Assembly (NCBI RefSeq): GCF_001194135.2
Contig: NC_068982.1
Coordinates: 148,346,225-148,401,114, forward strand
Direction: 5' to 3'
Length of the DNA: 54,890 nucleotides
Source: Octopus bimaculoides
Lineage: Eukaryota
Shown: piece by piece, positions 1-11,137 of the stretch
How positions within the stretch are numbered: position 1 is the first letter of the stretch
Layout: each line of letters begins with the position of its first letter
The notes under the pieces: model-generated
Seen by the model: the letters and a program-made list of their open reading frames with translations, nothing else
What the model was told of the DNA's origin: nothing
The model's database searches: none
Program-made: the position numbers and the translations under genes

Positions 1-13
1 AGTTTAATTGTTG

Positions 14-396
14 TTGTTGGCACTCCGTCGCTTACGACGTCGAGGGTTCCAGTTGATCCGATCAACGGAACAGCCTGCTCGTGAAATTAACATGCAAGTG
101 GCTGAGCACTCCACAGACACGTGTACCCTTAAAGTAGTTCTCGGGGATATTCAGCGTGACACAGTGTGACAAGGCTGGCCCTTTGAATTACAGGCACAAC
201 AGAAACAGTAAGTAAGAGTGAAAGAAAGTTGTGGTGAAAGAGTACAGAAAGGGTTCGCCACCATCCCCTGCCGGAGCGTCGTGGAGCTTTAGGTGTTTTC
301 GCTCAATAAACACTCACAACGCCCGGTCTGGGAATCAAAACCGCGATCCTATGACCGCGAGTCCGCTGCCCTAACCACTGGGCCATTGCACCTCCA
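14..396 (-). mobile_element. tRNA-derived SINE, family A
   Basis: Minus strand: A box tggcccagtggttagg, TCG anticodon-like loop (tRNA-Arg-like), B box ggttttgattcc, (CAA)n tail; homologous to 12179-12526 and 36628-36945. Confidence 0.85.
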
Positions 397-767
397 CTTT
401 AGTTTAATAACCGTGTGCAAAAGGTTTCTATCCCATGTGATTCTTGGTATCAGTGAAAAAGCTGACTAGAAATACAGACCAAATTCCTGTAAATTATGTC
501 TAAGTCTTAGACAGGAAGCACTGGCTCGAAGTAAAAAGATATTGTATCAGCTGGAATGATTTTTCTCTTATATCAACTCACTCAGTAGCGATCTGAAGCT
601 ACACGACAACATCAGGACGACTGAAATCTAAACAGACGGCAAAGAGTGGGATGCGAGTTTTCTATAATCTATTAAAATTAAGAGTAGCACAAAAAGAAAA
701 TAGAGAAAAGAAAACTTCCACAGTATTTTTACGTGTAATTATATGTCGGGCTGGTTTTCTTTCGCAG

Positions 768-932
768 ATTTTTTCCGTTCCCTTCGGCGTATATGCCAAA
801 AGAAAAGTTACCTGTTTCTTGTATGTGGCGTTACCTCAAACATCATGGGTGTTGGTGGAGTGAGTTCATTCGGAGCGAAATATATTGAAACTCAGTATCA
901 TCTTCCAGCTTGGAAATCAAATGCAGTTTTGG
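768..932 (+). CDS. SLCO: SLCO/OATP organic anion transporter, internal exon (165 bp, TM7 region)
   Basis: ttttctttcgcag acceptor, gtatgt donor; encodes DFFRSLRRICQKKSYLFLVC...FGAKYIETQYHLPAWKSNAVLG, matching the OATP F-x-PKY-x-E-x-Q-F/Y motif; phase 1/1. Upstream exons are outside the window. Subfamily not assignable. Confidence 0.9.
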
Positions 933-1055
933 GTATGTATATAAATATACATTAAAATATACATAAATACACACGCGCGCAAGCACACAAACTTACACAG
1001 AGACACACACATACACATCTGTGTGCATGTATGTATATATATTTATATATGTATT

Positions 1056-1088
<33 letters not shown>

Positions 1089-1521
1089 NNNNNNNNNNNN
1101 NNNNNNNNNNNNNNNNNNNNNNNNNNNNNNNNNNNNNNNNNNNNNNNNNNNNNNNNNNNNNNNNNNNNNNNNNNNNNNNNNNNNNNNNNNNNNNNNNNNN
1201 NNNNNNNNNNNNNNNNNNNNNNNNNNNNNNNNNNNNNNNNNNNNNNNNNNNNNNNNNNNNNNNNNNNNNNNNNNNNNNNNNNNNNNNNNNNNNNNNNNNN
1301 NNNNNNNNNNNNNNNNNNNNNNNNNNNNNNNNNNNNNNNNNNNNNNNNNNNNNNNNNNNNNNNNNNNNNNNNNNNNNNNNNNNNNNNNNNNNNNNNNNNN
1401 NNNNNNNNNNNNNNNNNNNNNNNNNNNNNNNNNNNNNNNNNNNNNNNNNNNNNNNNNNNNNNNNNNNNNNNNNNNNNNNNNNNNNNNNNNNNNNNNNNNN
1501 NNNNNNNNNNNNNNNNNNNNN

Positions 1522-1826
1522 NCACTTTTTACCCCAGCCAAAGATCTACAATGTCTTGCACAGAGTTGGCATCCAAAACCTTTACTGGCAATAGCTGGCT
1601 GTTGTTGTAACTGGGCTCCATGTACCTTTGCGTGTCGTTTAAGTCCTCCTGCTGAATCACACTCCCTTCCACATGCCCGACAGACATGATTAGGATGATG
1701 TGTAGCATCATCACCAGCGGCCTGGTAGTCAATCATCGGTCTTGCTTTATGACTACGAAGATGACTCATGAGTCCAGCTTTACTGAGGCACGGTCTTGCA
1801 CAGAGAGTGCATGTCAGTGTCATAGG
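1522..1826 (-). mobile_element. Triple C2H2 zinc-finger fragment, probably LINE (RTE-like) ORF2 C-terminus
   Basis: CTLCARPCLSKAGLMSHLRSH, CRACGRECDSAGGLKRHAKVH, CQLCARHCRSLAGVKS then N gap; long non-TGEKP linkers; antisense in an SLCO intron between microsatellites. Confidence 0.55.
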
Positions 1827-2218
1827 AATACATACATACATACGTACACACATACATGCACAAACACATATGAGTGGAGATATGTACATATAGCGAGATA
1901 GATAGTTATATCTGTGTGTATATATGTTTGCGTGTGTTTGTATATATTATATTGTTATATGTTCATATCTATGTGCATGCGTAGGTATACGTATATATGA
2001 ATACATCTTCACTAGTAGTACTATTTTCTTAAGCGCATCTACTAAGCAGTATGAACTGTGTTTAAGGCAGATACGCACAGCGTGTATCAATCCGCTATAG
2101 ACACGGTTTGTAAACATGTCAAATAAAGCAAACACGTAGAAACATAGCAATGCCTTCAGTGAGTTGTTTATTATCCCATAAAGAACAAAAGAATACATAA
2201 CATATATATATGTATATG

Positions 2219-2277
<59 letters not shown>

Positions 2278-2904
2278 CACTCTACATACACGAACTCATA
2301 AACTGTCCCTTAATTATTGAATTACCCAAATTTTATTGCATATTTACCTGATTTTACATACTTCTATTATATAATACCCAACTTAAACCACACCCTGTCT
2401 CTTGTAACAAGGTTACAACTACCATCGTACTTATAACAAAATACTCAACCAAAGGCCCTTTCTGTCTTCATATCCCTCGATGTTATTACACTATCATGAC
2501 ATACAATCTTAGTTATTTATGTAACTGATCCTCTTGTTCTGCTCACCCTAGTGGTGGTTTATAACCTTTTTTTTTTCTGTTTAGAATATTAAAGTTTATC
2601 TTTCCTGTACGTCTGACTTTAGATGGATATAATACAGAAAGCCACACAACAGTGATATTCGAGAAGACATCTCGTATAGATGTATAGGGCTAAAAAAAAA
2701 GTACAGAGGAAAAAAAGTACATTAGCGCGTCATCAGTAGCGGGCATCCTCTTAGAAATATTCAGCCTCTATTGATATGCACAGAAAAACAGTGATTACCA
2801 AATCACTTGTGATGCAAAAAACAGGCAGGCTTGGTAAAAATGTTCTATTAGCGAAAGAAGCAGTGTCATTTCAAAATAGCATTCTGTATACCTTACTTAA
2901 CGCG

Positions 2905-3268
2905 GACTTAAACTGCAGCCCTGCTGGGCACTGCCTTGAAGATTTTTGATAGACCGAATCGACCTCAGTACTAACTTTTTAAATCTACTACTTATTCTAT
3001 CGGTCCCTTTGGCTGAACCGATGTAAACACACCAACACCGGTTGTCAAGCTGTGGTTGGAGACAGACACAGACACAAAGATACACACATACATAGATATA
3101 TATACGACGGGCTTCTTACAGTTTCTGTCTACCAAGTCCACTCACAAGGCTTTAGTCGACCCGATGCTATAGTAGAATACACTTGTCTAAGGTAATACGC
3201 AATGGGACTGAACCCGGAACTATGTTGTAGGTGAACAAACTTCTTATCACACCGCCACACCCGCTCCT
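2905..3268 (-). mobile_element. tRNA-derived SINE, family B (central domain resembles the MetaSINE domain; tentative)
   Basis: tRNA-like head, then ...cttctactatagc...gccttgtgagtgga(c/t)ttggtagac(a/g)gaaactg.aagaagcccgtcg and an internal microsatellite; homologous to 45195-45566 and 48409-48800. Confidence 0.8.
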
Positions 3269-3412
3269 GTAGCAACACCATATGTCTTAATCTGTAAACT
3301 ACACCTTAAAATGAATTGTAATAATAATCTTTTAGCTATAACTTTTTTCAGTCATTGGACTGCATCTATACTGAAGCATCCATCTATTTACTTATCTATT
3401 TACGAATTTCAG

Positions 3413-3608
3413 GAGTCACCAACTTGCTTGCGTTGTCTGGTGGAACACTTTCAGGTGGATTAATGACATCAAAAGCGAAATTTTCGGCCAGAGGGAGTTT
3501 ATTGTTCATGACCGTTTGTTACGCTGGAGTTTCTATCGTGGGAATGTTGAATTTGATAACTGGTTGTGACAGCGTCGCTATGGTAGGACCAAGTGTCATT
3601 CCAAACAG
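3413..3608 (+). CDS. SLCO: SLCO/OATP exon (196 bp, TM8-TM9, start of extracellular loop 5)
   Basis: tttcag acceptor, gtaggt donor; GVTNLLALSGGTLSGGLMTSKAKF...LITGCDSVAMVGPSVIPNR; phase 1/2, in frame with neighbours. Confidence 0.92.
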
Positions 3609-3708
3609 GTAGGTCAGCAGATACGGTGATCGATTCCCGTAAACGATATTATAACATTTTCCCGTCTTCTTCTATGTTAGATATAGATAATTCCCTGACA
3701 GCCCAATA

Positions 3709-4150
3709 TCCTCTAGTATATATAAATCACAATATGTGTGTGCGTATATTGACTAACGCATACATTTCCACAATTCTCGACCGATTTTCACCAAACTTTA
3801 CACACACGTTACTTATGTCCTAAGGATGATCATGTACTATAACATTTTGCCCAGAGCTCCCGCATCAATGGACAAACCGCGAAAAACTGTGGTTTACACG
3901 GATTTTTCTCTAATTCGTTGTACGTACCTAGTTTTTGTATGTAGGGTCTTCCATACTTTTTTAATCTGTATGGTCGTATATTGGCATTAGAGAATATTTT
4001 TTAGTAGGTTTTCACATTTTTCTATTTACAATTTATTTATATGTTGTAATTATGTATCATTACTTGTTTAGATAATATTATAAAAGTGAAAGGATTTTGT
4101 CTATTTATTTATTTCGACTGTCCACCAGCGACGGTGATTAAATTGACTAG
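3709..4150 (+). mobile_element. Possible non-autonomous Helitron-like element
   Basis: A|TC start followed by tatatataaat..tgtgtgtg, short GC hairpin cacc..ggtg about 15 nt before a CTAG end; the flank after CTAG is not T. A similar 5' end occurs at 26584. Confidence 0.35.
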
Positions 4151-5214
4151 GAACATTATACGCGATGAGTATCCAATACCAAATAGTCTTTATCTCCATA
4201 TTTAAACTGCATTAAACGTTAGCAAGCTTACTTTTACCTATTCTGAATTATTGAAAAGTGACGCCCCCTTCCCTCTCCTCTATTTGTTAATGCCTTTGTT
4301 TACCTACTGTTGCGTTCTTTCACTTTAAGGGTGCTTATACACTCATCCATTATGATATTTCGAACGCGACATCATTTCACTGCGAACTGCTAAAGATTCA
4401 AAGCAGTATTCGTGAACTGAAGTCAAAATCTTCATATCTTCATTTTCCGTTACTTGAAGTCAATTTCAGAGTGGTCGTACATTGTAGGCACGTAGCAAAT
4501 ACATTCCTTTAACTCTGCTTTTTCAAGCAGGTATCATATTGCCGTTTTTGAACGTTCCATTCATACTTCTCTCCGAAAAAATAGCTCCCTATACTGTTGA
4601 GTAAAATAAACTCGCAGAGGGGAAGTTTCAATATCTTCCTTCAATTTCCTTATACCATTTATGCGGCTGTTTCTGACAAGAAATTTCGCTTTCATGTAAA
4701 ACAACTACATTTTGTAGTCATTATCCGTATTCTACTCCCAAAACACTTCCGTAGCTTTACTTTGCATTGCTTACAAACTTATAAATTCTATGATCATTAA
4801 AGTACAACGACCTCTGCAATAACCAGCCTTCAGTTTGGTCTTCTGTTCCTAGGTTAATCGGAAACACATATTGCCGTGCTACTCATAAACCTTCTCGGTA
4901 GTTCAACTATTTGGTAAAAAAAATACCACCAAAGCAACTTCAACTGTCCAAAGGACGGGTGCGTTTGCTAGTTAGATACAAATTATTGTTCATCAGTACT
5001 CTTAGGTAGTTTAAGTTTTCTCATTCCGACTTATGCTTTCACCTTAGTATAGTGGTTAGCGTACCTGTACTGTTTACAACAGATGCGGCGTTCAGTTCTC
5101 ACAGGTAATGTCCCCCTCAACTATGCCCCTGTGGTGAATAAAAGAATTTATTATTATTGTTATTTTGGTTTGGCTCAGGTTTGGTCTTATTCCTGGTAGG
5201 ATTTTTATGTGGGT

Positions 5215-5425
5215 AACGGGTTACTCCCAGTAACCTTAGGTATCCACAAGTTTTCAGCAGACTTTCAAGCGCTTAGAACCCTCCTGATAGTTCTTGCTAC
5301 AAACTTCGATAGAAACTCTACCAAGCATTCTGTTTCAATCTCCTTCAGCTATTTATCTATATCTTGAATTGCTGTTCCCACCGCACCAATTACTATAAGC
5401 ACGACCTTTACTGTTCACATGATCC
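5215..5425 (-). mobile_element. Old restriction-like-endonuclease LINE 3' fragment
   Basis: Minus translation VKVVLIVIGAVGTAIQDIDK*LKEIET...ARTIRRVLSA* parallels the PIIVGALG...TAHILRKTL C-terminus at 6444-6635. Confidence 0.55.
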
Positions 5426-5468
5426 ATGATTATTATTATTATTATTGTTGTTGTTGTTGTTGTTGTTG

Positions 5469-5506
<38 letters not shown>

Positions 5507-6311
5507 TAGTTTTATTTTTATAACGTGCTTTCACTTCACTACCGAGCGCAGCTCTGTGCGCCTTGGGTATGTGCTGTGGTTTGCTGTGGTGCTCTTATGT
5601 TTACTGTATTGAAAGTGTTTTGCGTAGAATGTGTGCAGTACCCAGTAGTGCAATTTTCTGTATGTTATATATATTTGTAAGTCCTGGTGTTTTTGTTATG
5701 TATTTGTCTGAATATTTTTTTATTANNNNNNNNNNNNNNNNNNNNNNNNNNNNNNNNNNNNNNNNNNNNNNNNNNNNNNNNNNNNNNNNNNNNNNNNNNN
5801 NNNNNNNNNNNNNNNNNNNNNNNNNNNNNNNNNNNNNNNNNNNNNNNNNNNNNNNNNNNNNNNNNNNNNNNNNNNNNNNNNNNNNNNNNNNNNNNNNNNN
5901 NNNNNNNNNNNNNNNNNNNNNNNNNNNNNNNNNNNNNNNNNNNNNNNNNNNNNNNNNNNNNNNNNNNNNNNNNNNNNNNNNNNNNNNNNNNNNNNNNNNN
6001 NNNNNNNNNNNNNNNNNNNNNNNNNNNNNNNNNNNNNNNNNNNNNNNNNNNNNNNNNNNNNNNNNNNNNNNNNNNNNNNNNNNNNNNNNNNNNNNNNNNN
6101 NNNNNNNNNNNNNNNNNNNNNNNNNNNNNNNNNNNNNNNNNNNNNNNNNNNNNNNNNNNNNNNNNNNNNNNNNNNNNNNNNNNNNNNNNNNNNNNNNNNN
6201 NNNNNNNNNNNNNNNNNNNNNNNNNNNNNNNNNNNNNNNNNNNNNNNNNNNNNNNNNNNNNNNNNNNNNNNNNNNNNNNNNNNNNNNNNNNNNTTGTTGT
6301 TGTTGTTGTTG

Positions 6312-6346
<35 letters not shown>

Positions 6347-6349
<3 letters not shown>

Positions 6350-6838
6350 TAGTTTTATTTTTATAACGTGCTTTCACTTCACTACCGAGCGCAGCTCTGT
6401 GCGCCTTGGGTATGTGCTGTGGTTTGCTGTGGTGCTCTTATGTTTACTGTATTGAAAGTGTTTTGCGTAGAATGTGTGCAGTACCCAGTAGTGCAATTTT
6501 CTGTATGTTATATATATTTGTAAGTCCTGGTGTTTTTGTTATGTATTTGTCTGAATATTTTTTTATTACACCTAAGGCACCTACTATGATAGGAAATGAT
6601 AGGAACGTTGTCATCTGCTGGTATTGATGCATCAATTAGAAAGCATTATTTTCTTCATGATCTCTGACAACTATATCTGGCCTATTGGCCTTAATTTCTC
6701 TATCTGTGTGTATTGGCATATCCCAGAGTATGGTTGCTTTCTCGTTTTCTGTGACCTTTTCTGGCGTGTGCCTATACCATCTTTTTTTTTGTTGTTATTC
6801 CATAGTGTTGGCATAGCTTCCAGTGTATGTAGGTCCCA
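6347..6838 (-). mobile_element. 5'-truncated R4/Dong-like LINE (RLE domain) in (TAA)n/(CAA)n
   Basis: Minus strand YIHWKLCQHYG...ILWDMPIHTDREIKANRPDIVVRD...LIDASIP.DDN / PIIVGALG...QKIALLGTAHILRKTL*: PD-(D/E)xK endonuclease C-terminus; trinucleotide arrays on both sides. Confidence 0.8.
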
Positions 6839-6946
<108 letters not shown>

Positions 6947-7318
6947 GCTGTTGTTGTTGTTGTTATTATTATTATTATAACTGTTGAACTACTGAGCTTG
7001 ATTCTCATCACAGGATGCACTTACCCAATATAATAGGCTTAATACTTGTCATTTAACAACATAGTGGCAACTACACTTGAGGAATACACAGAATGGATGT
7101 TTAATAAGTGAAATTGATTAACATCCTACTTTAAATCTTCCGTAGTGACATTCAAAAGCAAATGAAATTTCATTTGAATTCTAGCATCCAATAAAATTAA
7201 TTTTAGCAGCCCAGGTTGGGAAATAGCCTTAAAGAAACATACTCCTTTCCTTCAATTTTGTAAAACTCCTGTCGACCTAATCACATGATAAAGAAATATA
7301 TACTGTTTACTTTTTTAG

Positions 7319-7463
7319 GGCTACATTCGAGAATGGTACCTTAATTCCACACTGCAAAGAATCCTGCTCCTGCGATGACACAAAGTATTTGCCAATTTGT
7401 AGTGAAAGTGGTATTAATTATTATTCTCCCTGTTACGCTGGATGCCACAGTAAAAATGAATCT
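7319..7463 (+). CDS. SLCO: SLCO/OATP exon (145 bp, Kazal-like domain)
   Basis: Not in ORF track. ttttttag acceptor, gtaagt donor; manual translation ATFENGTLIPHCKESCSCDDTKYLPICSESGINYYSPCYAGCHSKNES, the OATP Kazal signature (CxC...PxC...Y-SPC-AGC); phase 2/0. Confidence 0.95.
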
Positions 7464-8593
7464 GTAAGTATGACTGTCTCCCTTTGTGTTAACCATTAAA
7501 TCTGTAGAACAATCTTTGTCAGATTCACATCTGCCATAGCAGTTTGTCGTTATGTTGTCAGAAAGCATATGAGAACTAAACAGACTCGATAGAGCCAACA
7601 AGGGAGGCTCTACATAGTTGCTTGCCCTGATAGAGATAGCAGGCCAAACCGGTTTCATACCGTTTTTGAAAAAGTGTTGGGATGAAACAAAATGTACTCC
7701 CTGATGCAATACTTTTAAAAAAAAGACAGGTTTGTCACAGCAGCCAGAAATCGCTGATCTGTTCTATCACAGCCTATATGCAGTTAAACGACGTCAACAA
7801 TATTTGTTTCAAATTTTGGAACAAGGCCAGCAATTTTCTGAGAGAGAGAGTTAGTCGATTACCTCGACCTGATACTTGACTGGTACTTATTTTATCGAAC
7901 CCGAAAGAATTAAAAGGCAAAGTTTGCCTGGGTGGGATTTGAGCTCAGAAAGTGAAGACCCAGAAAAAATACCACCTAGTATTTTGTCTAACGTGCTAAC
8001 GATTCTGTCAGATCGCCGTCTTAACAACATCAGCAATAACAATGACATACATTGCATGCCAACAATTCCAAACAATATTGGTGTATTGTACATCTCAGTA
8101 AAGATCAAATATGGGAGCAGAAGCACCAAAAAGATCTTATTTACCAAACAATAACCAAAAAACGAAGAAGTGATGAGGATACCAGTCAACTACTTGGGTG
8201 AAACATGTAAGAAAGTATTAACTGATTAATCTTTTTTTATATATGGAGTACATGCATATAAACACATGCAGACACACATAAATACGTGCAGGCACACAAG
8301 TTTTTATATAAGATTATTCTATGAATCCTCCTTCTGCTTCCATGACTGTTTGAATGCGGGCTCGGAATCATTGGCATGTCTGCACTAAATAATCCCTATT
8401 CATTTCCGACTTTACCTGGCCAGTGGTGGCCTTCAGTGAAGCTGAGGTGTTGTGAGGATGTCTTTTACCTGTTTCAGTCATTTGATTGCGGTCATGCTGG
8501 AGCACCACCGCCTTGAAGGGTTTAAGTCGAACAACTCGACCTCCAAGACTTACTTTTTTAAAGCCTATTGCTTATTCTATCGGCCACTTTTGC

Positions 8594-8658
<65 letters not shown>

Positions 8659-8706
8659 TCACTGCCTGGAATGGAACTCAGAATCTTGGGGTTATGCCCG
8701 TGGAAA

Positions 8707-8776
8707 TGTGGCGTAGTGGTTAAGAGCATGGGCCACAAACCGCAAGATACCGAGTTCGATTCCAGGCAGTGACCTA

Positions 8777-8852
<76 letters not shown>

Positions 8853-9000
8853 TCGCAAAATACCTTCGGAATGAGAACCCAGGTTCGAAATTTCCCCAAG
8901 ACACCCGATGAAGGCTGAAGGGTTCTTCAGCCGAAACGTTGTGTTGACAACAAACAAGATGAGAACAAATATCCGTCAAATGTAAATAATGTAAATAATG
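8707..9000 (+). mobile_element. tRNA-headed SINE-like element with internal (AAT)n and a hammerhead-containing 3' region (family G)
   Basis: A box tggcgtagtggttaag, B box gagttcgattcc, (AAT)n, body shared with 54612-54740, tail (aaataatgt)n. Confidence 0.7.
8900..8945 (+). ncRNA. Minimal type-I hammerhead ribozyme motif (U4C core variant)
   Basis: gacac-CCGATGA-A-ggctgaag(ggtt)cttcagcc-GAAAC-GTT^-gtgtt: stem I 5 bp, stem II 8 bp perfect, palindromic AACGTT stem III. Confidence 0.7.
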
Positions 9001-9104
9001 CGTTGACCTTTGTATGGAAGTCCTGAATCTATTATGGACCATAACAGAGTCTAGGGAANNNNNNNNNNGAACAAATATCCGTCAAATGTAAATAATGTAA
9101 ATAA

Positions 9105-9990
9105 TGCGTTGACCTTTGTATGGAAGTCCTGAATCTATTATGGACCATGACAGAGTCTAGGGAATATTTCTATTTTTGTGATGATGTATGTGACTGGTGA
9201 GTGTTGTGGATTTACTGTATTCCTCGTATCTAAAAGAATTGAGATGAGCGGCATATCTTTGTTTAAAACTCATAGTTGATCTTGTGTATATATATGGCTG
9301 TAGAATTGTGTAATGTGTTGAGGACGGTGCATTTATAAATTACATTAGATCTTCTACAATGGGTTTGTAGAGGGCAGATGGGCCCAGGACGGCAGTTACA
9401 AGTGAGAGTATTTTGGGGGTTATTTTCAGGAATGGAGGAGGTTAATACAGTCTGAGGAGAGGTTAGAGAAGGGCGTAGAAATGTCTAAGTTATGACTATT
9501 ATTCATGTTATTATTATTGCTATTATTGTTATAATTGCTATCGTTGTTGTAAATTATTCTATCTGTAAGGGTGGTGGAAGTTGTGGCAGTATTTTGGGTA
9601 GTGTTAGTAGAATGGGTTTTGTTATGGTTATGGTCTAGCGTATGGGTTCAATGCTGGAGCTGTGTACATATTGGGCGCTCGTGTGTTTAGAGTTGTTATA
9701 GCGTGAGTTTTGATAGTAGAGAGAAATATTTTGTTTATTAGAGGCTGCTATGATAGATTCGAAGTTTGGTGGGGTGAAATAGGATAACTTCAGGGTGGAT
9801 CTATTAAGGATAAAGTAATATTTACGTTGAGGAGGGAAGTTGGAGTCCAGTATATTAAAGAAGGATTTAGCTAAGTTCCTAACATTAAGTGAGAAGTGGG
9901 TATATACCACCAACTTTTTCGGGTGTTTAGGAGTAGTGCTATCTACATTTTTGGAAAATGGCGAGGGCTAACATGGCCCGTTGTTGTTAG
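9105..9990 (-). mobile_element. Penelope-like element fragment (RT thumb plus GIY-YIG endonuclease; Neptune/Nematis-type)
   Basis: HFSLNVRNLAKSFFNILDSNFP...FILNRSTLKLSY, N/T-rich linker, then CNCRPGPICPLQTHCRRSNVIYKCTV...FKQRYAAHLNSFRYEEYSKSTTLTSHI...LSWSII; frameshift near the YIG motif. Confidence 0.85.
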
Positions 9991-10368
9991 CTGTTTCAGC
10001 TTTTGACCAAGTGTTATATGTGTGCGTATGGGATCTAGATTGTATTAATGCGAATTCCTCAGGGGTTCTCTCAAAGTGTATATGTGGTCTGTTGTGATTT
10101 TGATAGTTGGTGTGTCGTTGCGATGTGATTTGAGATATATGTTCTGACCTTTCTTTTGAGGTCAAGGAATTACTTTAATTTCACCTGATCCTTTTAGAGT
10201 GTCACGCGCTAAAGTGCTTCGGTGAGATCTACATTGGAATTCCTTATCTCGCGTAGAAGTTCCTATGTTAGCTAAGCATCATTTTAGATAAATATCGATG
10301 TGTTCTATAAAATATTTCTTACTCTAATGGAGAAGCTTTTAATTTTGCTTCCCTTTTCTCTTTTGCAG

Positions 10369-10526
10369 GCATACAATGATTGCAGATGCATTTTTAATTC
10401 AACATATGCAACCCCTACAATCTGTGAAACTGGTTGCGATAATATCATCTATTATGCAATAATAGTCGTTTTGAAATTTTTCTTTGGAACCATGAAAATA
10501 GTTCCATACTATATCAGTATCATCAG
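10369..10526 (+). CDS. SLCO: SLCO/OATP exon (158 bp, end of loop 5 and TM10)
   Basis: ttttgcag acceptor, gtaaat donor; AYNDCRCIFNSTYATPTICETGCDNIIYYAIIVVLKFFFGTMKIVPYYISIIR; phase 0/2. Confidence 0.92.
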
Positions 10527-10628
10527 GTAAATGTTATAATTATTATTTTTTAATCCATTCAATTAGTGTGTCCCGCTAAATCTACAGGATTTTTGTTTTC
10601 ATTCTCTCTCTGTTTATTTTCTCTTATT

Positions 10629-10666
10629 TCTTTCTGTCGAAGAACGTAGGCTCGAAACGTAAAAGA
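10629..10666 (+). ncRNA. Minimal hammerhead-like motif, A6U variant (family E)
   Basis: tcttt-CTGTCGA-A-gaac(gtag)gctc-GAAAC-GTA^-aaaga; inside a ~150-bp repeat also at 10925-11090 and 46050-46160. Confidence 0.55.
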
Positions 10667-10951
10667 CTTTTTCATTTTCCCGAGCGTCAAATTAATACAC
10701 ATGCATGTTGTTCATACACCTCTCTTCGTCTTTTATTTTTCTGTAAATTTCAACTATACATATTAATAAAAACAATTTACGTTAATTTGGTGGGTTACGC
10801 TATACTTTTGTAGAGTACAAATTATTATTCTTAAACAAGACTGACAATGACTTCGAAATCATTCTCAATATCAGTTTAAGATTTATATATACATATGTAT
10901 ATATGCCACTAAGCCTTTTTAAAAATTTTCTCTCTGTTTATTTGTGTGCTC

Positions 10952-10987
10952 CTTTCTGTTGAAGATCGTAGGCTCGAAATGTAAAAG
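10952..10987 (+). ncRNA. Degenerate hammerhead-like motif (family E)
   Basis: cttt-CTGTTGA-A-gatc(gtag)gctc-GAAAT-GTA^-aaag. Confidence 0.45.
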
Positions 10988-11091
10988 TCTTTCTCACTTC
11001 CCGAGCGTTAAACTAATACATCTTTTGTTGTTTACACACGCGTCTTCGTCTTTTGTTTTGTTTGTTTTGTTTTTTTGTAAACTCCAACTAT

Positions 11092-11137
<46 letters not shown>

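Noticed and set aside
5424-6567. Apparent tandem duplication of the LINE 3' end (5503-5724 = 6346-6567)
   Set aside because: Identical copies on either side of an N gap; typical unmerged contig overlap.
7341-7709. 122-aa minus-strand ORF
   Set aside because: Antisense overlap of the Kazal exon plus repeat sequence; no domain.
8707-8765. tRNA gene candidates (also 330-396- and 12460-12526-)
   Set aside because: A/B boxes present but no acceptor stem; they continue into SINE bodies.
8960-9165. Direct repeat across a 10-N gap
   Set aside because: One-base difference and gap-flanking position indicate allelic or overlap redundancy.
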